Assembly: GCA_026705925.1 (NCBI GenBank)
Contig: JAPOZT010000012.1
Span: 4,913-68,912 of the forward strand
Length of the DNA stretch: 64,000 nucleotides
Origin: Gemmatimonadota bacterium
GTDB lineage: Bacteria; JAAXHH01
Direction of reading: 5' to 3'
Shown piece by piece: positions 53,896-62,021 of this stretch. The position numbers and the translations under genes were made by a program. The notes under the pieces are model-generated. The model did not search any database, was not told the DNA's origin, and worked only from the letters and a program-made list of their open reading frames with translations. Every line of letters starts with the position of its first letter. The first letter of the stretch is position 1.

Positions 53896-55428
53896 ATGGA
53901 GTGTCCCGGTTTGCTTACGTCCCGCTTGATCTCATCCGTCATCGCATTCCTGGTCTTCTCGGTCTTGTCGGCAGCACTGGCCGGATGTGGCGGCGGGGAA
54001 TCTTCGCAACCCGGACCGACATCGCCCGTCACGCCTACACCGCCTCCAACACCCACACCGCCTCCAACACCCACACCGCCTCCCACGCCCACACCGCCGC
54101 CGACTCCACCGCCGCCGCAACCCGTCCCGACCAGTATCCGGATCACGCCTTCTGCCCTGACGCTAACATCGCTGGGCCAGACCGCGCAACTGACCGCCGC
54201 GGTCAACGATCAGAACGGCAGTCCAATTACCGGGGCATCGGTGGCCTGGTCATCGAGCAACACCGACATAGCCACCGTGAATACCGGCGGCCTGGTTATG
54301 GCGGTGAGCAACGGAACCACCCGCATCACCGCGCGTTCGGGCAGCGTCTCGAACGGGATCGCGGTGACCGTATCGGCGCCCGATACGGTGATGAACACCC
54401 GGCCTCAGGCGGTGGGAATGCTCGCGGGCCTTAGACTGGTCGAAGGAGGACCGGCCGAGGAACTGGACGTGTCCGACGCTTTTCTCGATGCCGAAGGCGA
54501 TAGCCTTGAATATACCGCTGTATCGAACGACGAAATGGTCGCCACGGTCGAAGCAGAGGAATCGCGGCTCACGATCCGGCCGGTATCGCCGGGTAAAACG
54601 ACGATTTCAGTCCGTGCAACCGACAAGGAAGGCCTGAGTGCCACGCAGAGCTTCGCTGTGACGACGGTGGTTTCGAGTCCTGACCGGAATGCGCTTATCG
54701 CGATTTACGAGATGACGGGCGGACCGGATTGGACGGACCTGACGAACTGGTTGTCCAACGCCCCGCTGGACGAGTGGCATGGCGTCACGACAGACGCCGA
54801 CGGCATGGTCACCCGGCTGGAACTGAATGGGAACAATCTTCGGGGGCCGCTGCCGGACGAACTCGGAACACTCGGAAGTCTCACGGTGCTGGACCTCGGC
54901 AGTAATGACCTGTCCGGCGCCATTCCGCCCGAAATCGGCCAACTGACCTTTCTTGAAACGGTGAACCTTGAAGGGAACCAGCTAACCGGATCCCTACCTT
55001 CGGATACCGAGCACCTGGTGAATCTCGAAACACTCCGTCTTGCAGGAAACCGATTGTCCGGCGAAATACCCGCTGAACTCGAGCATCTGGACGCACTCGA
55101 AGTGCTGGTCCTCGGGGATAACGGGTTTTCGGGCCCCATCCCTCCCGAAATAGGAACACTGCAGGCCCTTGTCCACCTGGACCTTTCGTCCAATCAGTTA
55201 TCGGGACCGCTGCCGATGGAATTCGGCCGGCTCAGCAATCTGACGACGCTCAACGTGGCCTCGAACCCGGAACTTGCCGGCCCGCTGCCCCTGGCACTTT
55301 CAAGTCTCGAATTGGAAAGCCTGCACGTTAACGGCACTCAACTTTGCGTGCCGTTGTCCGACGCGTTTCTGGATTGGCTGAGCAATATCCCTGATCTCAG
55401 CGAAATCGAAGGCTGCCCGGACGAGTAG
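53896..55428 (+). CDS. Surface lipoprotein: Pro/Thr linker, Big_2, cadherin-like module, plant-type leucine-rich repeats
   Basis: Lipobox LAGC, then a (PTPPPT)n linker and a Big_2 domain (ITPSALTLTSLGQTAQLTAAVNDQNG...). A D-x-x-G-D-x-L-x-Y module follows. Next is a cap DRNALIAIYEMTGGPDWTDLTNWLSNAPLDEWHGVTTD, then 24-residue LRRs (L..L..L.L..N.LSG.IP.E.G). Confidence 0.8.
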   Translation: MECPGLLTSRLISSVIAFLVFSVLSAALAGCGGGESSQPGPTSPVTPTPPPTPTPPPTPTPPPTPTPPPTPPPPQPVPTSIRITPSALTLTSLGQTAQLTAAVNDQNGSPITGASVAWSSSNTDIATVNTGGLVMAVSNGTTRITARSGSVSNGIAVTVSAPDTVMNTRPQAVGMLAGLRLVEGGPAEELDVSDAFLDAEGDSLEYTAVSNDEMVATVEAEESRLTIRPVSPGKTTISVRATDKEGLSATQSFAVTTVVSSPDRNALIAIYEMTGGPDWTDLTNWLSNAPLDEWHGVTTDADGMVTRLELNGNNLRGPLPDELGTLGSLTVLDLGSNDLSGAIPPEIGQLTFLETVNLEGNQLTGSLPSDTEHLVNLETLRLAGNRLSGEIPAELEHLDALEVLVLGDNGFSGPIPPEIGTLQALVHLDLSSNQLSGPLPMEFGRLSNLTTLNVASNPELAGPLPLALSSLELESLHVNGTQLCVPLSDAFLDWLSNIPDLSEIEGCPDE

Positions 55429-55500
55429 TCCGTATAGCCAGGTCCTCAACCGCCGCGACGCCTGCCGTCGCCTTCCGTCGCCTGAAGGTGTGGATATCTG

Positions 55501-58500
55501 ATGTATCGTACCGCTAAAGTTGGATTCCCGCTTCTCCTCTGCCTGGTGGCCGTGACAGTATTCACCTGCGGGAAAGACAGTCCCACGGGCTCGTCCGTGC
55601 AGGAAGCACCCGTGACGAAGGCCGCGGCAAGGCCTCAGGATACGGCCTCCAGTCCACAGGCCACGACCGACAAGGCCGGCCAGCCCGTGGTGACCGGCCG
55701 GACAAGCCAGTCAGTCGGACAGGCTACCTCACCGGATTACGTGATCGAATCGGTGGAGGTCAGCGAAACGAGCCTGAGTGCCGGAGAGCGTTTCACCATG
55801 ACCGCGACGGTAAAGAACCAGGGCGCGGACTACCCCGGTTTCGCGCTGGCAACGCTGCGGTTCTACCGGTCCGCCGACGCCTCGATCTCCACCGCCGATA
55901 CGGAGATCGGCACCCGGCCCATACTCCCGCTCGACGCGAACGAGACCCGGGAGTGGTCCCTGCCGGTCCTCAACGCGCCGTCGGTCGCCGGCACGTATTA
56001 CTATGGCGCCTGCGTCGACCCCCTGCCGGAGGAATCCGACCAGCAGAACAACTGCTCGGTCGCGGTGACGGTGAGCGTCGGTGGGCCCGACCTGGTGGTC
56101 GATTCACTGGCGGTGAGCGAGACGAGTCTCAGCGCAGGCCAACGCTTCACCATGACTGCCAGGGTGCGGAACCAGGGCGCCGGCGCCACGGTCGACCTTA
56201 CGACGTTGCGCTTCTACCAGTCCGCCGACGCCACGATCTCCACCGACGACACGGAGCTCGGTACCCGGTCCATACTCCCCCTCGATCCGGACGAGACCCG
56301 GGCGTGGTCCCTGCCCGCCCTGATTGCTCCGTCAACGGCCGGCACCTACTACTACGGCGCCTGTGTCGACCCGCTGACGGTAGAAACCGACCAGCAGAAC
56401 AACTGTTCGGCAGCACTGGCCTTGAGCGTCGGAGGACCCGACCTGGTGGTCGATTCCCTCGCGGTGAGCGAAACGAACCTGAGCGCCGGACAGCGCTTTT
56501 CCATGAGCGCGACGGTCAGGAACCAGGGCGCCGGCGGATCCATATCCCTGACGACGGTGCGCTTCTACCGGTCCACTGACGCCACGATCTCCACCGCTGA
56601 CACGGAGCTCGATACCCGGCCCATACTCCCCCTCGATCCGGACGAGACCCGGGCGTGGTCCCTGCCCCTGCTCTACGCGCCGTCAATGGCCGGCACGTAC
56701 TTTTATGGCGCCTGCGTCGACGCCCTGCCGGAGGAAACCGACCCGCAGAACAACTGCTCGGTTGCGGTGGCCGTATCACTGAAAACGGCGGACCTCATCG
56801 TCGAACGGCCTACGGTCAGCGACGTCAGCTCCACCGCGGGCGGCAGGTTTTCCCTGAGTGCCACGGTGCGCAACCAGGGCGGCGGAGACGCCATCGCGTG
56901 GACGACACTGCGTTTCTACCAGTCCGGCGACGCCTCGATTTCAACCTCCGATACGGAGGTGGGCACGTGGGCCATATCTCCCCTGGTGGCGTCCGGATCC
57001 CAGGAACGGACGCTCAGGTTCCTCAGTCTGCCCTCGGACGGCGGCACCTACTACTACGGGGCCTGCGTGGATCCCCTGCCCGGTGAGGCCGACACGGCGA
57101 ACAACTGCTCCGGAGGAGTGACCATTACCGTCAGCAGCCCCGACCTGGTCGTCGATGCCCCGATCGTCAGCGAGCGCAATCCGGCGCCCGGCGAGCAATT
57201 CGACCTCAGCGCCACCGTCCGGAACCAGGGCGGCGGCGACGCGGCCTCTTCGACCACGCTCCGCTACTACCGCTCGAACGACGCCTCGATCACAGACAGT
57301 GACGCTGAAATCGGGACCGACTTCGTAATCAGACTGGACGCGGCCGCGACTGCCGAGGAGTCGATCTCGCTGACCGCGTCCGATGTGGCGGGAACCTACT
57401 ACTACGGAGCATGCGTGGACGCGCTGGACAACGAGACGGGCACGGGGAACAACTGCTCCGCGGGCGTCGCGGTGACCGTGGGGCAGACCGCCAACCAGCC
57501 CCCGGTGGCCCGGGGCATGATCCCGGACCAGGAAGTCGACGGCGGCGAGTCGGTCACGGTGGACGTGTCCTCGTATTTCACGGATCCCGACGGCGATACA
57601 CTGACCTACGAAGCCCTGACGTCGGACGCCGCGGTCGCGACCGCTTTCATTCCGGGCAGCGTGGTGATGATCCGGGGCGTGTCGGCCGGGAACGCAACGA
57701 TCACGATCACGGCAAGCGACGGCAGCCTGACCGCCGGGCAACCGATACGCGTCACCGTGCTGCGTTCCGTCGTCCCACTTCCCGATCTCATCGTGGAATC
57801 GCCTTCGGTCAGCGACGGCAGCCCGGAACCGGGCGAGCGGTTCACGTTCAGGGCGACGGTTCGCAACCGGGGCGACGGCGACGCTTCGTCCTCGACCACG
57901 CTGCGCTACTACCGCTCCGCGGACGCCACGATCTCGGTTGCGGATACGGAAATCGGTACGGACCGGGTGGTCTCCCTGGACTCGTCCGAGACCAGCGACG
58001 AATCGATCGCGCTGAATGCGCCTTCAGACGCGGGCACGTACTACTACGGCGCCTGCGTGGACGCGCTGTCCGACGAATCCGACACGCAGAACAACTGCTC
58101 CGTCGCCGTGACGGTTACGGTGGGCCAGCCCGTCAACCAGGCGCCCGTAGCACAGGGCACGATTCCGGCGCAGAACGTGGACGTAGGCGAATCGGTACGT
58201 ATAGCCGTAACCACCTATTTCAGCGATCCCGACGGCGACCGGCTGACGTACTCGGCCGCCACGTCCGACTCGGCGGTCGCCACGGCGGCGACGTCGGGCA
58301 GCGTGGTAACGGTGGAAGGCGAGTCGGCGGGCAACGCGACCATTACCGTTACGGCGGACGACGGCAGCCTGACCGCGAGGCAGACGATCCGGGTCACCGT
58401 GCAGAATCCCGTCGTGCTCGCGCCGGACCTCGTCGTGGAATCGCCTACCGCAAGCGAGGACCAACTGAGCAGTGGAGAGCGGTTCAGGCTGAGTGCCACC

Positions 58501-60621
58501 GTAAGAAACCAGGGGGACGGCCGGGGGTCTTCCACGACCCTTCGGTATTACCTTTCCACCGACGCCGCCATTACCTCCGGCGACACGGAAGTGGGTACCG
58601 ACTATGTATCTTCCCTCAGGGCCTCGTCGACGAGCGGAGAGTCGATCTCCCTTAACGCGCCGGCGACCCTCGGCACGTACTACTACGGCGCCTGCGTGGA
58701 TGCGCTGTCCGAGGAGTCGGATACCGGGAACAACTGCTCCGCCGCGATCATGGTGACCGTCGACGGCCCCGACCTGATTGTCGGATCGCCCACAGTGTCC
58801 GAAAGCAATCCGCAGGCCGGAGACGCATTCACCCTAAGCGTGACGGTCACCAACCAGGGCGCGGGCGACGCTTCCTCATCGACGACGCTACGCTATTACC
58901 GGTCCAACGACACGACCATTTCCTCCGGCGATACGGAAGTTGGAACGGACCATGTATCCAGGCTCGATGCCGCCGAGTCCGGTGACGAGTGGATTGCATT
59001 GACGGCGCCTGACGCCGCGGGTACGTTCTACTACGGCGCCTGCGTGGAAGCCACTTCAGGTGAAACGAACACGGGAAACAACTGCTCCGGCGCGGTTTCC
59101 ATCGACGTAATGGAAAAACCGACGATCGTCGGCGCCGATTCCTACGCGTACCTCACACAGTCGGTACAGTCGGTCGGCGACCCCGTCGCCCTGATCGAAG
59201 GCGATGACGCTTTGCTGCGCGTGTTCCTGGCCAGAGATGGCGACGACGACATCGCCATCCCACCGGTCCGCGCAACCTTCTACAACAACGGTTCGGTCGC
59301 GCACGAAGTGGATATACCGGGCAAGTCCGCCAGCATACCCGCGCAGATCGAGGAAGGCGTGCTGGACCTGTCATCAAACGCGCTGATCCCCGGATCCGTC
59401 ATCGAGCCGGGCCTGGAAATGGTCGTCGAGGTCGATCCGGACAGCACTCTGGACGCGGCGCTCGGGATCGCCCGCCGCATACCGCCCTCCGGGCGCACGA
59501 CCGTCGACGTCCGGACGGTTCGTTCTTTCGACATCCTGGCGATTCCCTACCTCTGGGAAGAAAACCCGGACCGTTCCATCCTGACGGAGATCAACGCCAT
59601 CACCGCGGGCGGCGAGCTCCTCCGCGAAACCCGCGACTATCTGCCGGTGGGCGACATTACCTTCGACGTGCACGACCCGGTATTCGTTTCGTACGATCCG
59701 ACCGGTGATCACGCCGAGGAACTTATTTCGCTGACGGAATCGATTCGCGACATGGAAGACTCGGAGGACACCTACTACATGGGTGTGTTCAGACGCAGAG
59801 GTGACAATGGCGTCCTCGGAATCGCATACGTAGGCGGTTATTTCCTCGGGCTCAACAGGGAGTATTCGAGTGTGACCGTGCTGCAGGGTCCCGTCATCGC
59901 GCACGAGTTCGGCCACAATCTGTCTCTGCGGCATGCCCCGTGCGGCGGACCTTCCGGAACGGACTCCAACTACCCGGAATCCGACGGATCCATCGGCGCG
60001 TGGGGCTACGACTTCAGCAGGCAGGAACTGATATCTCCCAGCCGTCCCGATCTGATGAGCTACTGCGAGCCGGAGTGGATCGGTTACTACAGTTTCAGCA
60101 AAGCGCTTCAGTGGAGGCAGGCCAAAGACGTCAGGCTGGCGGCATCGCCGTCCACCACACTGGGGTTGATGCTCTGGGGCCATGTCGACGCATCCGGAGA
60201 CCTCGTGCTGGAACCGGCTTTTGCCGTCGAAGCGCCTCCGGACGTCCCTCAAGGCGGCGGCCCGTACCGACTCACGGGACAGAGTGCGGACGGCAACGTC
60301 CTGTTCGATGTTTCTTTCGAATTGAATGGATTCGGCGACGTCGGCGGAGGCGGATTCAACTTCATCCTTCCGGTTCGGGCGGACTGGCCCGCGAGACTGG
60401 ATCAGATCACCCTTTCCGGTCCCGAAGGCGTAGTGATTCAGGACAAGGAAGGCGACCGCGCCGCAGCGCTGTTGCTGGACAGGACCACCGGCCAGGTACG
60501 CGGATTCCTCCACGACTGGGCCGTAACGGTCGCGGGCACGCCACCGGCCCGCCGCGTACTGCCCGAACCAGGGCTGGAAGTGATTACGAGCCAGGGCGTA
60601 CCCGGTGCGACGGACTGGTAG
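55501..60621 (+). CDS. 1706-aa surface lipoprotein: 8 CARDB-like repeats, 2 cadherin-like modules, C-terminal HExxH zinc-metalloprotease domain
   Basis: Lipobox VFTC. It has repeated ~117-aa modules of the form PDLVV.S..VSE......G..F....TV.NQG..., TLR.Y.S.DA.IS..DTE.GT and GTYYYGACVD...E.D..NNCS. The zinc site is VIAHEFGHNLSLRH (59902-59934), with PDLMSY downstream. Confidence 0.8.
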   Translation: MYRTAKVGFPLLLCLVAVTVFTCGKDSPTGSSVQEAPVTKAAARPQDTASSPQATTDKAGQPVVTGRTSQSVGQATSPDYVIESVEVSETSLSAGERFTMTATVKNQGADYPGFALATLRFYRSADASISTADTEIGTRPILPLDANETREWSLPVLNAPSVAGTYYYGACVDPLPEESDQQNNCSVAVTVSVGGPDLVVDSLAVSETSLSAGQRFTMTARVRNQGAGATVDLTTLRFYQSADATISTDDTELGTRSILPLDPDETRAWSLPALIAPSTAGTYYYGACVDPLTVETDQQNNCSAALALSVGGPDLVVDSLAVSETNLSAGQRFSMSATVRNQGAGGSISLTTVRFYRSTDATISTADTELDTRPILPLDPDETRAWSLPLLYAPSMAGTYFYGACVDALPEETDPQNNCSVAVAVSLKTADLIVERPTVSDVSSTAGGRFSLSATVRNQGGGDAIAWTTLRFYQSGDASISTSDTEVGTWAISPLVASGSQERTLRFLSLPSDGGTYYYGACVDPLPGEADTANNCSGGVTITVSSPDLVVDAPIVSERNPAPGEQFDLSATVRNQGGGDAASSTTLRYYRSNDASITDSDAEIGTDFVIRLDAAATAEESISLTASDVAGTYYYGACVDALDNETGTGNNCSAGVAVTVGQTANQPPVARGMIPDQEVDGGESVTVDVSSYFTDPDGDTLTYEALTSDAAVATAFIPGSVVMIRGVSAGNATITITASDGSLTAGQPIRVTVLRSVVPLPDLIVESPSVSDGSPEPGERFTFRATVRNRGDGDASSSTTLRYYRSADATISVADTEIGTDRVVSLDSSETSDESIALNAPSDAGTYYYGACVDALSDESDTQNNCSVAVTVTVGQPVNQAPVAQGTIPAQNVDVGESVRIAVTTYFSDPDGDRLTYSAATSDSAVATAATSGSVVTVEGESAGNATITVTADDGSLTARQTIRVTVQNPVVLAPDLVVESPTASEDQLSSGERFRLSATVRNQGDGRGSSTTLRYYLSTDAAITSGDTEVGTDYVSSLRASSTSGESISLNAPATLGTYYYGACVDALSEESDTGNNCSAAIMVTVDGPDLIVGSPTVSESNPQAGDAFTLSVTVTNQGAGDASSSTTLRYYRSNDTTISSGDTEVGTDHVSRLDAAESGDEWIALTAPDAAGTFYYGACVEATSGETNTGNNCSGAVSIDVMEKPTIVGADSYAYLTQSVQSVGDPVALIEGDDALLRVFLARDGDDDIAIPPVRATFYNNGSVAHEVDIPGKSASIPAQIEEGVLDLSSNALIPGSVIEPGLEMVVEVDPDSTLDAALGIARRIPPSGRTTVDVRTVRSFDILAIPYLWEENPDRSILTEINAITAGGELLRETRDYLPVGDITFDVHDPVFVSYDPTGDHAEELISLTESIRDMEDSEDTYYMGVFRRRGDNGVLGIAYVGGYFLGLNREYSSVTVLQGPVIAHEFGHNLSLRHAPCGGPSGTDSNYPESDGSIGAWGYDFSRQELISPSRPDLMSYCEPEWIGYYSFSKALQWRQAKDVRLAASPSTTLGLMLWGHVDASGDLVLEPAFAVEAPPDVPQGGGPYRLTGQSADGNVLFDVSFELNGFGDVGGGGFNFILPVRADWPARLDQITLSGPEGVVIQDKEGDRAAALLLDRTTGQVRGFLHDWAVTVAGTPPARRVLPEPGLEVITSQGVPGATDW
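55732..59120 (+). repeat. Tandem coding repeats (CARDB-like modules, period ~350 nt) inside the giant gene
   Basis: There are eight copies. Adjacent copies are roughly four-fifths identical by eye, with identical tracts such as CCATACTCCCCCTCGATCCGGACGAGACCCGGGCGTGGTCCCTGCCC in copies 2 and 3. Confidence 0.85.
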
Positions 60622-60702
60622 ATACTGCGGGTGGAAGCGTCAAGTGCTCATTCGTACGAACTGAATCACCGGGTACGCGGGTTGAACCGTAAGCCTGCGC
60701 CA

Positions 60703-60745
60703 CCGCCCTGCAACGCCGCCCTGCAACGCCGCCCTGCAACGCCGC
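60703..60745. repeat. 13-bp perfect tandem repeat x3 (CCGCCCTGCAACG) plus a partial copy
   Basis: Read directly at 60703-60741, then CCGC. It ends 14 nt before ATG 60759. Confidence 0.9.
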
Positions 60746-60758
60746 AAGGAACATTCCG

Positions 60759-61481
60759 ATGGCGAAGGTACTACTGTTTATTCTTTTCCTGGGCCTCACC
60801 GCCGGCTGCTCGGCGGCCCTGAAGACGGCTCCGAACGGCGATTCCGGTTTTGAGCGGTCCTCAACCGCGGACGCGCCACCGACCGCATCGTCAGTATCGC
60901 CAGGGGAATATGCCTGCGAACCCGCAGCCACGCCCGGTTCCCTGGAGGCCGATGCGACCCTGGCGGATCGTGCCGGCCGGTATCACCTTATCCTTGTGGC
61001 GGACTCCGTGGCGGACTCCGGCAAAGTGGCGGAATCCAGCAAAGTGGCGGACTCCAACAGTGCCGAAGCGGATTCCGCCGGAACTTCCCGCCGTGCCGTT
61101 TCCGGCCTGCTCGTCCTGCAACAGAAAACCCGGGACGTGGGCTCGTCGGACCCGTCGAGCGGTTCCTCGACGCCTCTCTTCGGGTTCACGGACGTCGATC
61201 CGGAATCGGTTGGCGCCCATCGCGTCGGCGATCCGGGAAGCAGGGACCCGTCCGCGCCCGGCGTGCTCGTAATTGAACGGTCGGAATACGGACGGGGCGT
61301 CATCACGCTGAGGCTGGGTTCGGATGCCAACAGGCGAGACCTGGTGCGTTACGAAGGGACCTACACGACATTGTCGGTGAATAGAATCGACGAGGGCGGT
61401 TTTTCGGGAAGCTGGCGCAGCGGCGGCGGTATGGGTTTTACCGTGACCACGGGTTACTTCTGTGCCTGGAAAGTGCCGTGA
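60759..61481 (+). CDS. Lipoprotein of unknown function
   Basis: MAKVLLFILFLGLTAGC lipobox. There is a low-complexity (V/K)A(D/E)S repeat segment and no recognisable domain. Confidence 0.6.
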   Translation: MAKVLLFILFLGLTAGCSAALKTAPNGDSGFERSSTADAPPTASSVSPGEYACEPAATPGSLEADATLADRAGRYHLILVADSVADSGKVAESSKVADSNSAEADSAGTSRRAVSGLLVLQQKTRDVGSSDPSSGSSTPLFGFTDVDPESVGAHRVGDPGSRDPSAPGVLVIERSEYGRGVITLRLGSDANRRDLVRYEGTYTTLSVNRIDEGGFSGSWRSGGGMGFTVTTGYFCAWKVP

Positions 61482-61508
61482 ATCGTAGGCGCACCAAAGC
61501 GAGGAAAC

Positions 61509-61547
61509 TAAAAACCCCCGGCAATCCTTCCCCGGGGGCTTTTTTTA
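61509..61547. terminator. Bidirectional intrinsic terminator between convergent genes
   Basis: A-run, stem CCCCCGG (61515-61521) / CCGGGGG (61532-61538), T-run TTTTTTT (61540-61546). Confidence 0.75.
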
Positions 61548-61563
61548 GAACGGCCGTACTCGA

Positions 61564-61830
61564 TTACTTCGGCTGGTCCGCATTGGCTTTGATCTGTTCC
61601 CACAGACCGGGGAGCAGGTCCGGTGTTTCCGGTACAGGATCAGCCAATGCCCTCGGGGCTTCGTCCGCATTGGCTTTGATCTGTTCCCACAGGGCCGACA
61701 AGTCTTCCATGTGCTCTACCCGCTGATCCAATGCTTCTACGGAAGTCGTTTCCGTGTCCTGGGGAAACGCCAACTGAGGACCCGCGACCAATGCCAGCAC
61801 AATTCCCGCGACGATTGACAATCTGGTCAT
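61564..61830 (-). CDS. Small secreted protein with a duplicated LWEQIKANAD motif
   Basis: Signal peptide MTRLSIVAGIVLALVAGPQLAFPQ. Two copies of the motif are encoded by a perfect 30-nt direct repeat (61576-61605 and 61663-61692). Confidence 0.55.
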   Translation of the reverse strand: MTRLSIVAGIVLALVAGPQLAFPQDTETTSVEALDQRVEHMEDLSALWEQIKANADEAPRALADPVPETPDLLPGLWEQIKANADQPK

Positions 61831-62021
61831 GATTCACCTCCCGTCAAGGTATGAGTACCGACTCTACCTTATTGGACACTGCGGGAGGCTGCTTGGTTGT
61901 GAAGATACGCAATTCACCTTCGATCCATTACATCTATCCGCATTCCTCGGCAGAACGCCGGTCCAGTCGCGGACCCAACGACGAATCGTTGTATAGATGG
62001 ACCACAGCATCACGGGCCGCC

